A DNA stretch of 52,126 nt from Candidatus Liptonbacteria bacterium RIFCSPLOWO2_01_FULL_56_20 (lineage in GTDB: Bacteria > Patescibacteriota > Minisyncoccia > UBA6257 > 2-01-FULL-56-20): the NCBI GenBank assembly GCA_001818655.1, contig MHLC01000007.1, positions 1 through 52,126 of the forward strand, read 5' to 3'. This document shows, in pieces, positions 41,341-51,452 of the stretch. A program made the translations under genes and the position numbers. Each line of letters starts with the position of its first letter. The stretch's first letter is position 1. The notes beneath the pieces are model-generated. The model was not told the DNA's origin. It ran no database searches and saw nothing but the letters and a program-made list of their open reading frames with translations.

Positions 41341-41774
41341 GGTGTTGCCTTGAGTTGTTGCGCGATCTCCGCGAGCGACTTCTCCGGAGGATTGTCCACC
41401 ACTGAATGAATAGAGCCGCCGCCATCACGGAGAAATCTCGGCAAAAGATGAATGTGAAGGTGATCCACAGACTGGCCGCTCACCGCGCCCTGGTTGATGC
41501 CGATCGTAAGGCCGTCGGCGCGAAGGACTCTCGTCAAACGCTCGGCCATCTTCTTCACGGCGAGGAATACCGGCCCCACTTCGGACGGCGCGAGGTCAGC
41601 GACCGAAGGACGGTGGACTCTCGGGATCACCACGGTGTGCCCGGGGGCGCGGGGGCGTATATCCAAAAACGCGACGGCGTTGCTGTCGTCGTATATGACT
41701 TCGGCGGGTATCTCCCCTGCGGCGATCCCGCAGAAAAGGCACTGGGATACGGTCTTTTCCTGTGTGGCGGCCAT
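41337..41774 (-). CDS. HIT family nucleotide hydrolase
   Basis: CLFCGI..., HLHIHLLPR histidine triad. Confidence 0.88.
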   Translation of the reverse strand: MAATQEKTVSQCLFCGIAAGEIPAEVIYDDSNAVAFLDIRPRAPGHTVVIPRVHRPSVADLAPSEVGPVFLAVKKMAERLTRVLRADGLTIGINQGAVSGQSVDHLHIHLLPRFLRDGGGSIHSVVDNPPEKSLAEIAQQLKATP

Positions 41775-41779
41775 GACCC

Positions 41780-43087
41780 TTATGAGTTGCGCAATCTGCG
41801 TTTAATTTCCTCGACCAGCTTATCGAGCGCCACCGTTTCTTGCAAGCTGTTCTTCAGGTTCCGTACGATGATATTCTCCTCAAAAATTTCGCGTTGGCCG
41901 AAAATAAGCGCGAGCTCCGCTCCTTCGCGATCGGCCATCTTAAGCTGCGCTTTCAAGGACTCCCTCCCCAGCGATTCGACGACGGGGATCCCTGCTGACC
42001 GGAGTGATTCGATGATGCGCAGCGATTTTTTCTTTGCCTGCTCGCCTACGTGGATAAGGAACACCTTTTTTTGGTTCTTCTGCGGCAGCTTCACCTCCTG
42101 GGCCTTCATCACATGAATGAGGCGTTCGATCCCGCATGCGCCGCCCACCGCAGGCGTCATGCGCCCGCCGAGCGTTTCGACCAGATAGTCGTAGCGGCCT
42201 CCGCCGGGCAGCGCACCCACTTCGCTCCCTGGCCCTTCCACGAAAAACTCGAATACGGTGCGGCTGTAATAATCGATCCCCCGCACCAGCTGGTTGTCCA
42301 GAGCGTAGGAAACCGCAAGTTCGTCGAGATATTCGAGCACCGTCTTCAGGTGATTGCTGCACGTCACGCAGAGCTTGTCGAAGAAGTTCGGGGCTTTTTC
42401 CTTGATTCCTTTACATGCTTCGTCTTTACAATCTAAAAGGCGCAGAGGATTTGTCTTAAGACGATACACGCAGTCAGCGCAAATTTTTTTCTCGTACCGC
42501 TTGTAGTGGGCCTGCAGCTGCCTCTTGTAGAGCGGTCGGCACACGCGGCAGCCGATCGAATTCACCTTAAGGACGGTATTCCTGATCTTAAGTTCCTCGA
42601 GAAGCCGTGAGAAAACCATGACGATCTGCGCATCGTAGATCGGGTCGTTTGCTCCGCCGATGATCTCGAACCCTACTTGGCTGAATTGCCGGAAGCGGCC
42701 GGCCTGGGGATTTTCGTGTCGGAAGAACAGCCCCTGATACCATAGCCTTTGGGGCTGGCTCACGCGGCTCAGGTGGTGTTCGAGATACGCACGGACGACC
42801 GACGCGGTATTTTCTGGCCGGAGCGCCAGCACGTCGCCCCCTTTGGTCTTCACAAAATACATTTCCTTACTCACCATATCCGTGTCCTGCCCGACACCCC
42901 GTTCAAACAGCGCGGCGGATTCAAGGATCGGCGTTTCGATCCTGCCGAAATTATAAAAATCCGCGAGGTCTCTTACGACCCGGCTCACCCTGTCCCACCA
43001 AGGCTGATCTGCGGGAAGCACGTCGTGCATCCCGCGCGGTACATGGAATAGTCTGGAATCTGCTTTTGTTCTTTTCTTTTCCGCCAT
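41780..43087 (-). CDS. hisS: histidyl-tRNA synthetase
   Basis: 435 aa; class II motifs (GMHDVLP, FRHENPQAGRFRQF, GGGRYD). Confidence 0.94.
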   Translation of the reverse strand: MAEKKRTKADSRLFHVPRGMHDVLPADQPWWDRVSRVVRDLADFYNFGRIETPILESAALFERGVGQDTDMVSKEMYFVKTKGGDVLALRPENTASVVRAYLEHHLSRVSQPQRLWYQGLFFRHENPQAGRFRQFSQVGFEIIGGANDPIYDAQIVMVFSRLLEELKIRNTVLKVNSIGCRVCRPLYKRQLQAHYKRYEKKICADCVYRLKTNPLRLLDCKDEACKGIKEKAPNFFDKLCVTCSNHLKTVLEYLDELAVSYALDNQLVRGIDYYSRTVFEFFVEGPGSEVGALPGGGRYDYLVETLGGRMTPAVGGACGIERLIHVMKAQEVKLPQKNQKKVFLIHVGEQAKKKSLRIIESLRSAGIPVVESLGRESLKAQLKMADREGAELALIFGQREIFEENIIVRNLKNSLQETVALDKLVEEIKRRLRNS

Positions 43088-43102
43088 GGTGCGTGAACGT
43101 GC

Positions 43103-43672
43103 CTAGCGCGCTTCATACTGCGGAGCGGCGAAAACGGTAAACCCGGAAAGGGGCCAGAGGCGCAGCCGCACCAGTCCTATGATTTCATGCTTCGCAAGCA
43201 CCCCCCAGTCACGAGAATCAAAGCTATACGAGCGGTTATCACCCAATACGAGGTATTCGCTTGCGCGAAGCGTGAACGCGCTCGCGTCGCCGCTCCGGGG
43301 GACCGTAACGGTGCCGGGCGGAAGATATTCCTCGTCTAACGCCGTTCCGGCGGGCGACGCCGCATCAAATACAACCACGTTGCCGCTCTTTATTTCGATC
43401 CGATCGCCTGGCAACCCTATGATCCGCTTGATGAAGTACGTGGATTCATCCTTGGGATACCGGAACACCACCACCTCGCCTCGCGCGGGGCTTCGGAGAC
43501 GATACGTAAGTTCGTCCACTAAAAGATAATCGTCGTTCAAGAAAGTGGGAACCATGCTGGCCCCGCTTACCAGGAACGGCTGGACCAGAAATGATCGGAT
43601 GAAAAAAACTGCCCCGAGCGCGATGAGGGCGACCTCGATAACTTCTAGCACCGAAGTAAAAAATTGTCGCAT
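43103..43672 (-). CDS. lepB: signal peptidase I
   Basis: SGASMVPTF, KRIIGLPGD, GDNRSYSFDSR. Confidence 0.92.
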   Translation of the reverse strand: MRQFFTSVLEVIEVALIALGAVFFIRSFLVQPFLVSGASMVPTFLNDDYLLVDELTYRLRSPARGEVVVFRYPKDESTYFIKRIIGLPGDRIEIKSGNVVVFDAASPAGTALDEEYLPPGTVTVPRSGDASAFTLRASEYLVLGDNRSYSFDSRDWGVLAKHEIIGLVRLRLWPLSGFTVFAAPQYEAR

Positions 43673-43690
43673 GGGTCTCTAGGAGATACA

Positions 43691-44341
43691 ATGAAACGAT
43701 ACGGGTCTCCGCAGGAGATCCGCCCGAGTCACCTTATTCTAATAGAAATGCCGAAAAAACTCAACCCCCGCCCTCGTACTCCTGCCCCTGCGTCATTCTC
43801 TCGCGGCGGGTCGCCGAAGCTTATTGTGGGGTTAGGGAATCCAGGCCTACGCTACCGGCACACCTATCATAACGCCGGACTTCTCGCGCTTGACCACCTC
43901 GCGAAGATCACTGACGCTGCGCAATTCCAACCGATCACGTCCCGTGGGTTTTCGTACGTTCGCGTCCGCGAAACCATCCTCATCCGGCCCCTCGTGCTTA
44001 TGAATCGCGCCGGTGACGCCGTAGCAGCCGCGATGCGGCATTTCCGGGTGAAACCGGAGGAGACGCTCGTGATGCATGACGACGCCGATCTTATGGTCGG
44101 GGAATATCGGTTCGCGTTCGGTCGCGGCGCGGCCGGACACCACGGAGTGGAATCCATAGTAGCGCGCATCGGAACAACGCATTTCTCCCGTCTCCGTATC
44201 GGAATCCGAACCGACGCGGCTCTACCGCGTAAAAAAGCGGGGGAATTCGTGCTCCGGAAGATCTCTGGCGCCGACATGAAGACGCTCTATGGCGTCTTTG
44301 GAGCGGCGATCGAAAACATTAAGGAGAAAGAAAGCCCTTGA
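43691..44341 (+). CDS. pth: peptidyl-tRNA hydrolase
   Basis: ATG 43691 is preceded by AGGAGA (the track start at 43664 overlaps lepB). LIVGLGNPG...YRHTYHNAG. The 3' end overlaps the convergent pilMN gene by 55 nt. Confidence 0.88.
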   Translation: MKRYGSPQEIRPSHLILIEMPKKLNPRPRTPAPASFSRGGSPKLIVGLGNPGLRYRHTYHNAGLLALDHLAKITDAAQFQPITSRGFSYVRVRETILIRPLVLMNRAGDAVAAAMRHFRVKPEETLVMHDDADLMVGEYRFAFGRGAAGHHGVESIVARIGTTHFSRLRIGIRTDAALPRKKAGEFVLRKISGADMKTLYGVFGAAIENIKEKESP

Positions 44342-45792
44342 GGGTCTGGATGGATATCGGAGAGCGAGAGGCTCACTCCGGTAAATCGCGGATTGTCATC
44401 AAGCGCCTTCTTAAACCGGAGAATTTGGTCCTCGGACTTAGCCCTGCCGATAAACGAGGCCGGAGTATTCGCGCTCGGCATATTGAATCGTACGAGGGTG
44501 ATAGTATGCGCGTCGACTATGGTGTTTAGTTCATCGAGCGCGTCCACCTTGGGCGGCGAGGCACTCGTGATCTTTTTAATGAACGCTACCTCCTGGTTGA
44601 ACGCCGCAACCTGATTCTGGAAATTTCTCATTTCCTGCGCCTGATCCTGGCTTGCGCGGAACGCCGGATGCGCTTCAAGCGTGCCCTGCGTCCACCGGAG
44701 AAATAGATCGGCAGCCAAAAATATCGCAAGGAGCGCTCCCATGGCGAGCGGTATGGCGAGCCGCCAAAAATGGAGGAACCTGATCATCTGTTCTCTCCGA
44801 AATTCTTCCTGGACGCTCACCCCCAGCAAATTGATCCCCTTGTCTTCCTTGGGCGGGATAAACCCCCGCAGCGCGCTCCCCACCGCGACAAACCAGCGTG
44901 GGTTCACTGGTTGTTTCATTTGAACCTCGAACGGGCGGATGGTCAAAGAAAAGTTGTCTTTGAGAACGGCTTCGATCTTCTCCTTTAGGGCGGCGGACAT
45001 AATAAAGATGTCTTCAAGCGGTTCGGGCCAATGCGCGCTCGAAAAATTCAGCACTTGATGCAGGCTTCTGGCGATCGCCCCTTCAAACGCGGAATACGGG
45101 ATCACGCGCTCGCTCCCATGGAGATCTTTCCATGGAGTAAAATACTGGAAATACAATTCGCCGTGCCGAACCACCAGAAACTCCAATCCGTTGCTGTCCA
45201 CCACAAACACGATGACAGGACGAGTGGACTTCAGGGGGGCGGTCCGCATTCGCATGAGTCGGGCGAGCGCGACTGCCCGCGACTCAATGGCATGCACCAC
45301 AAAACCCGCCTCGCCGAGCGCACTTATGAACTCCTGGACGAGTTCGCGGCTCATGAAGGCCGAGAGAATCTCTAAGTGACCGGATGCTGTATCTTCGCCG
45401 ACCAGATGCCAGCTGGAGTATACTTTGGATGCCTCTTCGGGAGAGAACATCTGCATGTTCAGCTGGATCGCGTTTTCCAGGCCCTCGCCCTTGACGGTCG
45501 GGAGACGAAATGCCTGCGTATAAATATTCGCCGAGCTCACCGCGACGACGACCCTCGTCTTTTCACGACTCATCCGAGAGACCCCGATCTGCTCGCGCAG
45601 TTTCTTAAGCGCTGCTACGAATTCGGCGCGCTGCTTTACTTTCCCTCCTTCGACCGTGCCGGGCGCGAGCCGCTCCCCCAGCATCTGCCAGCGATCGCCA
45701 TCCGCCTGCGCAAAACGTAATGCGCTGTCGCTTATTTCGAGGCCGTGGATTTTCTGCCGGATTCCGAACGCGGAAAAAAGATCTTCGAGCAT
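44287..45792 (-). CDS. type IV pilus assembly protein, PilM-like actin-fold domain fused to a PilN-like TM/periplasmic part
   Basis: 501 aa. N-terminal 330 aa or so are PilM-like, a TM helix follows (LAIPLAMGALLAIFLAADLFL), then a PilN/O-like tail. Lies in the pilus operon. Confidence 0.65.
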   Translation of the reverse strand: MLEDLFSAFGIRQKIHGLEISDSALRFAQADGDRWQMLGERLAPGTVEGGKVKQRAEFVAALKKLREQIGVSRMSREKTRVVVAVSSANIYTQAFRLPTVKGEGLENAIQLNMQMFSPEEASKVYSSWHLVGEDTASGHLEILSAFMSRELVQEFISALGEAGFVVHAIESRAVALARLMRMRTAPLKSTRPVIVFVVDSNGLEFLVVRHGELYFQYFTPWKDLHGSERVIPYSAFEGAIARSLHQVLNFSSAHWPEPLEDIFIMSAALKEKIEAVLKDNFSLTIRPFEVQMKQPVNPRWFVAVGSALRGFIPPKEDKGINLLGVSVQEEFRREQMIRFLHFWRLAIPLAMGALLAIFLAADLFLRWTQGTLEAHPAFRASQDQAQEMRNFQNQVAAFNQEVAFIKKITSASPPKVDALDELNTIVDAHTITLVRFNMPSANTPASFIGRAKSEDQILRFKKALDDNPRFTGVSLSLSDIHPDPQGLSFSLMFSIAAPKTP

Positions 45793-45825
45793 GGATATAT
45801 GATGGACGGCAATTATACGACCTGC

Positions 45826-46284
45826 CTAGAATGCCGCCTGTTCGCGTGAGACCACATTAACCTCTCCGGTCGCCTGATCGACAGAGGCGACCGCCCGAAT
45901 TCCCCGTGTATACCCTGCAACGCTCGCCGTGGAAAAAATGGTTGCTTTCCCCTGCGTCCGGAGAACCGTGATCGCGGCGCTCGAGCCGTCGAGTAAGAGC
46001 GCGTAGGGAGAGGCGGACGCAAAGTCCTTATTGCGGATGAGGCGGATGAGCGCATCATCGACGCCGGCCGCAGCCACGTTCTGCGCCCGAGTCGCCGCAC
46101 GAAAACCCAGGCTCGAGCTGATGAACGTGAACACCAGAAACGCGATCGTTGCGGCAATGAGAATAATGAGGCCGCCGATAAGGATGGCGAGGAACAAAGC
46201 GCTCTGCCCGTTTCTTTTCTCCGGTGTAGCACAGGGAGAGGAACCCGCCTGCTTCATTATACTAGGAAACGCGTTATAGGACAT
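45826..46284 (-). CDS. PilX-like minor pilin / pilus-associated protein
   Basis: NGQSALFLAILIGGLIILIAATIAF hydrophobic N-terminus of PilX_N type. Start uncertain. Confidence 0.5.
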   Translation of the reverse strand: MSYNAFPSIMKQAGSSPCATPEKRNGQSALFLAILIGGLIILIAATIAFLVFTFISSSLGFRAATRAQNVAAAGVDDALIRLIRNKDFASASPYALLLDGSSAAITVLRTQGKATIFSTASVAGYTRGIRAVASVDQATGEVNVVSREQAAF

Positions 46285-46285
46285 A

Positions 46286-47188
46286 TCAGGGGCTCCAATT
46301 TATGATTACGTCGTCAATCCTCGGGCTTGCGGTCCGTGACGGATCTGAGGTAAGGATCGCCCGGTATCTGAAGTAGCGCTGGTTATAGAAAAGATTGTAG
46401 TCCAGCCGCTGCGTCGCGCCCTCGCTCACCTGATAATACGTATTCGGCGTGCCATCCGGCCCGATAAAATCCCACGGGCCGGCGGGCGCATTCGACGCCG
46501 CGAATTGAAATCCTACAAGCGTTTGCGCTGGCTGATTCCCGTGCCATAGTACCGAATTCAACTGCGCCCCGCCCGGAACCCCCGTGTCATACGTTGCGGA
46601 ATCCAAATAGCCGGACGTGGACGTTACGGTCCAGCTGGTTTTCACTTTAAAATTTGACGTGTTATCGCAATAGTTTTGGCCGCCGATGTCGAAACAGTTC
46701 ACCGCGATCCAACCGATCACGTCGTTCCACGCATAATTATGAAACTCTCCTGTCGCGGGATCGACATACACGCGGTAGCTTGACTGCCCGCAGCCGGCGC
46801 CGCCATTACCGCAATCAAAGCTGATCCAGCCGTAGATGTCGTTCCACGCCCACTGCGATAAGCTTCCGGAACCATCGTTCGTGACCCGATAATCGCCCTG
46901 CCCGCAGATATTGCCGCTCCGAGACGTCGCGCAGTCAAATGAGAAATCTCCTGCGGATGAACTTGCATATCCGTCGAGGATATTCGCCTGCAGATTCACC
47001 GTGTCGGTCTCGTAGAAATTGATCCAGCCCACGAGATCGTTCCAGCCCCAGTGCTCGCTCGGCACCGCGCTGATATTGGTTATCGCTCGCGCGAGACGCG
47101 CCCCTGCTAACAAGCAGGACGCCACAAGAACCGTCGTGATAACTACGCGCGCGCTCTGCGGGAAAAATGTCTTTTTTGAATCTGTCAT
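46286..47188 (-). CDS. secreted Cys-rich repeat protein (W-x-W-N-D-x-x-G-W-I repeats), pilus-associated
   Basis: Signal peptide. Repeats WGWNDLVGWINF, WAWNDIYGWISF, YAWNDVIGWIAV with flanking Cys. ATGA-coupled to the upstream pseudopilin. Confidence 0.6.
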   Translation of the reverse strand: MTDSKKTFFPQSARVVITTVLVASCLLAGARLARAITNISAVPSEHWGWNDLVGWINFYETDTVNLQANILDGYASSSAGDFSFDCATSRSGNICGQGDYRVTNDGSGSLSQWAWNDIYGWISFDCGNGGAGCGQSSYRVYVDPATGEFHNYAWNDVIGWIAVNCFDIGGQNYCDNTSNFKVKTSWTVTSTSGYLDSATYDTGVPGGAQLNSVLWHGNQPAQTLVGFQFAASNAPAGPWDFIGPDGTPNTYYQVSEGATQRLDYNLFYNQRYFRYRAILTSDPSRTASPRIDDVIINWSP

Positions 47189-47865
47189 GGGCCGGTCTGA
47201 TTGGCGGTAAGCGTGATCGAACCGGGGATTGACTGAAAATCAATATTGGGCGTGGATGTGGAAAATTGACTGTTCGTGGTCGTCGCGGGGCCTTCAAATC
47301 CGCCCCCGCCCGACCAATTCGTCTGCTGGTATGTTTTATTCCGCGAACGGGTGACGAACGTACCCAGCGTATTCATGGGGCCGGTAAGCCAGCCGTACGC
47401 CACCGTGACCTTCTTCGTAGAAGGATCGTTCACGCCTCCGCTTGTTACGATATTCTCCGATGCATCACGCAGCACGTCCTCGACATAGAAATAACGCCTA
47501 TACGTCGTAGTAGCGGCCGCCACGCTCTCGTCGCCCGCGGCTACGGTAAACGGCGAACTTGTGGCGTTCAGATAATAATGACTGCCGGGGCCGCTCGAAA
47601 TGCTCGTAATGTTATGCCAATCGGCCTCGCTCCACGCACGCACATTATCAAGAAGCGCCCTTCCCAGCCCCACCGCAACCTGCGTGCGACCCGCATCGGT
47701 GTTGCTGCGGAGCGCGGGCACGATGACTGATATCCCGCCCACCACCAAGATCATCCCGACCGCCACTGCGATGAGGATTTCTACGAGCGATTGTCCTACG
47801 CGCGCCTTCGCGCGGCCAAAAGCAGCTGTGACGATGGAATAACGTATGCGGTAAAACATCTTCAT
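47185..47865 (-). CDS. type IV minor pseudopilin
   Basis: GQSLVEILIAVAVGMILV prepilin-type N-terminus. Confidence 0.7.
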   Translation of the reverse strand: MKMFYRIRYSIVTAAFGRAKARVGQSLVEILIAVAVGMILVVGGISVIVPALRSNTDAGRTQVAVGLGRALLDNVRAWSEADWHNITSISSGPGSHYYLNATSSPFTVAAGDESVAAATTTYRRYFYVEDVLRDASENIVTSGGVNDPSTKKVTVAYGWLTGPMNTLGTFVTRSRNKTYQQTNWSGGGGFEGPATTTNSQFSTSTPNIDFQSIPGSITLTANQTGP

Positions 47866-47918
47866 CTTGTTCCATTGTACCGTCCGCTGCGCACCCCTGT
47901 AAACGCCGCGCGACAGGC

Positions 47919-48419
47919 CTAATACGTTACTGCGCCGGAAGAGGCGATCCGGATAGTTGAAGAAACGTCAGGCGTGGAACGCAAGTAAAGCGAAATCGTA
48001 GTGGAAGCGGCTGTCCCGGTAAGTTGAGAGAATATGACGTCCTTGGACGCGCCCGGCGGAATGCTCGATGCGGCATATCCCACAAACGGCGACAAACGAT
48101 AATATCCTGTACGCGTCGAAGGGCTGTAGCTCGCGGCAAAAAGCGCGTAAGCAGGGGCGGAGGTCGTCGCGTTCTCGAAGTGCACTCCCCAACTTGCTCC
48201 TGACGCCTGCGACATAGAACGGCTCTGCGCCTCGCGAAGCAGCGCGACTATTTGCACGGTCGTCGTCGAGAGCTCGCTCACGCGTTTTCGATTGGTCAGA
48301 TTCAACACTACAATTCCCGCGAGAATCGTGGCAACCGCGAGTATCGTCACGAGCTCCAAAACCGTCGTGCCCCGCTTCGCGAACGCCGCCGTACCCCGCC
48401 GCATGACCGCTTTCGCCAT
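47919..48419 (-). CDS. type IV minor pseudopilin
   Basis: RGTTVLELVTILAVATILAG prepilin-type N-terminus. Confidence 0.7.
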   Translation of the reverse strand: MAKAVMRRGTAAFAKRGTTVLELVTILAVATILAGIVVLNLTNRKRVSELSTTTVQIVALLREAQSRSMSQASGASWGVHFENATTSAPAYALFAASYSPSTRTGYYRLSPFVGYAASSIPPGASKDVIFSQLTGTAASTTISLYLRSTPDVSSTIRIASSGAVTY

Positions 48420-48420
48420 C

Positions 48421-49626
48421 TTAAAATTGGGCGGTTAATTGATAGATCGGCACGATGATCGCGAGCGCAATAGTCCCCACGATCACGCCCATCATAAGCA
48501 GGAGGGCGGGCTCAAGGAACGCCACGAGCGTCCGCACGTTCGCGTCGATATTCGATGCGTAGAAGTCGGCCAGGGTCCGCAGTACGTCGTCCAAGTGGCC
48601 CGCTTTCTCTGAGATCGCGACAAGATTCGTGACCACCTTGGGGAAAACCGTCTCCCGCTTAAAGGCCTCGCCCACGGTAAGTCCCTTGGAGAGCCCCTCG
48701 TCGGCGATGCGCATGAGCGCTACTCGGAATTCTTCCGCACCGATCACCTCCGCGGTGATGCGCATGGCCTGGATGATCGGGAGGCCCGCCTTAAGGAGCG
48801 AACTGAATGTCGTCGCGAACTGCTGCACGGCGATGTCCCGATAGAGCCGCTTTATAATCGGCAAGTGGCTTATCAGGCGGTCCATCATATGACGGCCCAT
48901 GTGGGTCCTGAAAACGAAGAGGGCTCCCGGGATCGCCAGTGATAAGAAAATGATGGAGAGCACGAGAAAGTTGTCGTTCACGAAGAGCCCGATGCCGAAC
49001 ACGACGCGCGAGAATATCGGCGGATTGATGCCGCTTTCAAGGAACACCTGCGCGATCCTTGGGAGCGCGAACGTCACGAGAAATATGAATACAAGGAGGG
49101 CGGCTACAAGAAGAATAATGGGGTATATGAGCGCGGCCCGGATATGGCCTCTTAGCTCCGCTTCCCGCTCAAGCGCCCCGCTCAAGTCGTCGAAGGTCTG
49201 TTGGAGGTTGCCCGACGCCTCCGCCGCCTTCACGAGGTTTACGAATACCGGAGAAAACGTCTTCGGGTGATGCGCGAACGTCTCATGGAATGGCCGCCCG
49301 TGGCTCAAGTTCTCGCGCACCTCGATAAGAAAGTTCTTCATCGCCGCCTTGTCGAAATCGGCGATCAGAATATTAATCGCGGAGAGCAAATCGGTCCCTA
49401 CACGGAGCATGAGCGAAAGATATTTCGTTAAAAATATCTTATCCGTCAGCCGGATGCGCCCGAAAAAACTCCTCGCCCCGCGCACCGTCCCCGCGGCCGG
49501 CTTCACGGTGATGGGACGCAGATCCTCTCCCGCGAGATGCTGGAGCACCTGCGCCAAATTATCGGCGTCTAGGTCGGCTTCCATAAGCCTCCCGGTCTTG
49601 TCCGCTGCTAAATAGTGGTAGAGCAT
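48421..49626 (-). CDS. pilC: type IV pilus platform protein PilC (GspF family)
   Basis: 401 aa, two GspF repeats, 3 TM. Confidence 0.92.
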   Translation of the reverse strand: MLYHYLAADKTGRLMEADLDADNLAQVLQHLAGEDLRPITVKPAAGTVRGARSFFGRIRLTDKIFLTKYLSLMLRVGTDLLSAINILIADFDKAAMKNFLIEVRENLSHGRPFHETFAHHPKTFSPVFVNLVKAAEASGNLQQTFDDLSGALEREAELRGHIRAALIYPIILLVAALLVFIFLVTFALPRIAQVFLESGINPPIFSRVVFGIGLFVNDNFLVLSIIFLSLAIPGALFVFRTHMGRHMMDRLISHLPIIKRLYRDIAVQQFATTFSSLLKAGLPIIQAMRITAEVIGAEEFRVALMRIADEGLSKGLTVGEAFKRETVFPKVVTNLVAISEKAGHLDDVLRTLADFYASNIDANVRTLVAFLEPALLLMMGVIVGTIALAIIVPIYQLTAQF

Positions 49627-49634
49627 CGCGATGG

Positions 49635-51350
49635 CTACTCTCGTATGACGCGGAGGACCTCTTCGATCGAGGTGAGGCCGAGTTCGACTTTGTGGAGGCC
49701 GTCCTCAAACATCGTCTCGCTCCCCTCGCCCCGCGACGTCTGGCGCACCTTCTCGAGGTCAAAGGGCGTCTCCGCGATAAACTTCTTAATTATATCAGTA
49801 ATGTTCACCGCCTCAAAAATACCGAGCCGCCCGCGGTAGCCGCTTCCCCCGCAAGTGGCGCACCCTTTCCCTTTGTAAAAACTCTTCGGAATCTGGACCT
49901 CTGCGGCGACTTCCCCAAGATTTGCGATCTGATCCGCGATGATCTGCTTCACCTCGACGCCGGGGTCGTATGAGTAGATGCACACCGAACAGATCCGCCG
50001 GACCAGCCGCTGAGCGATCACCATATTGAGGACGGAGGAGACCAGGAACGGAGGAACCTCCAAATCGAAGAGGCGCGGGATCGCGGTCACCGCATCGTTG
50101 GTGTGCAGAGAAGATAAGAGAATGTGGCCGGTCAAGGCCGACTGGACCGCGATGTCCGCCGTCTCTTTGTCGCGGATCTCGCCCACCATCATTACATTCG
50201 GGTCTTGGCGGAGGAGCGCGCGAAGGCCGGAGGCGAACGTGACGCCGGCCTGCGGGTTGATCTGCGATTGATTCACGTACCGCATATTGTACTCGATCGG
50301 GTCTTCGATGGTGGCGATATTCACGTTCGGCTTATTTAAGATATTCATGATCGCATACAGCGTGGTGGTTTTGCCGCACCCGGTCGGGCCGCACACGAGC
50401 GTCATGCCGTAGGACCGCTTCATATTCTCTAAAACCACCGCGGCTGTCTCCGGCAGCATCCCCACTTCTTCAAGGGAAAGCGGCTTCTGGGTCGCCTCGA
50501 GAAGCCGCATCTCGATCTTCTCTCCGTAGAACGTAGGCATAATCGAGACCCGCACGTCGATCATCTGATTGACCAGCGTATAGCGAAAGCGGCCATCCTG
50601 CGGCTTGTAGTGTTCGTCGATCTTCAGCCCCGAGAGGATCTTTATTCTCGCCACGAGAATACTGTGCACGGTCTTGGGGATGCGGATGATCTCGTAGAGG
50701 ATGCCGTCGATCCGATATCGGACCATGGTGGAGTCCTCCAGGATCTCAAGGTGGATGTCGGACGCCCGAAGCGAAATGGCGTACGCGATAAGGTTGTCAA
50801 CGATCGCGACGATCGGCAACTCGGTCGCCGCCTCTTCCGCGGTCTTGGATTGGCTCCGCAGCGATGCCTGAATGTTCTCCTCAATGATCCGCTTGAAATC
50901 GCCGGTTGACCGCGAGCCGTATACTGAAAAACCTTTGTTCAAGTCGTCAACGGTAGCGAGGAAGGAACGGATCTTCGCCTTCAGATGCTGCTGGAGAAAT
51001 TCTATCGTCTCAAGATCGCTTGGATCGAGCATCGCCACGTCGAGCGTGCCGTCCTCTTCTTTATGAAAGATAATGACCTGGCGCTGGCGGGCGACATCTT
51101 CTGAGAGCATCCGAAGGACTTCCTCGTCAACCGTGCGCGCCTCCAAGTTCGCCATCTCCACCCCCAGGGAGGTCGCAAGAATATTATTGAGATACGCCTG
51201 ATCAGCCACTTTCTCGGAGATAAGAATGTCTATCAGGCTTTGGTTTTTCCGCTCTGCTTCGGCGAGATACGCATCAAATCGGTCCGGGGTGATCAGATTC
51301 TCCTGGACTAATTTGCGCTTGAGTTGCTGTGGCGGTATGGGAAGATGCAT
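49635..51350 (-). CDS. pilB: type IV pilus assembly ATPase PilB (GspE family)
   Basis: GPTGCGKTT Walker A, tetracysteine CSVC...CATCGGSG, GspE N-terminal domain. Confidence 0.94.
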   Translation of the reverse strand: MHLPIPPQQLKRKLVQENLITPDRFDAYLAEAERKNQSLIDILISEKVADQAYLNNILATSLGVEMANLEARTVDEEVLRMLSEDVARQRQVIIFHKEEDGTLDVAMLDPSDLETIEFLQQHLKAKIRSFLATVDDLNKGFSVYGSRSTGDFKRIIEENIQASLRSQSKTAEEAATELPIVAIVDNLIAYAISLRASDIHLEILEDSTMVRYRIDGILYEIIRIPKTVHSILVARIKILSGLKIDEHYKPQDGRFRYTLVNQMIDVRVSIMPTFYGEKIEMRLLEATQKPLSLEEVGMLPETAAVVLENMKRSYGMTLVCGPTGCGKTTTLYAIMNILNKPNVNIATIEDPIEYNMRYVNQSQINPQAGVTFASGLRALLRQDPNVMMVGEIRDKETADIAVQSALTGHILLSSLHTNDAVTAIPRLFDLEVPPFLVSSVLNMVIAQRLVRRICSVCIYSYDPGVEVKQIIADQIANLGEVAAEVQIPKSFYKGKGCATCGGSGYRGRLGIFEAVNITDIIKKFIAETPFDLEKVRQTSRGEGSETMFEDGLHKVELGLTSIEEVLRVIRE

Positions 51351-51398
51351 GTAAATGAGATTACGCCTATTAGTATATCAAAAGCCCGGATAAGAACC

Positions 51399-51429
51399 AA
51401 AAAGAGCGCGTCTATCCGCGCTCTTTTTG
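51399..51429 (-). terminator. intrinsic terminator after the major pilin gene
   Basis: AAAAGAGCGCG-6 nt-CGCGCTCTTTT, symmetric A/T flanks, between the pilin stop (51453) and the pilB start (51350). Confidence 0.7.
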
Positions 51430-51452
51430 TTGTTACAGATTCTGACGGACTC

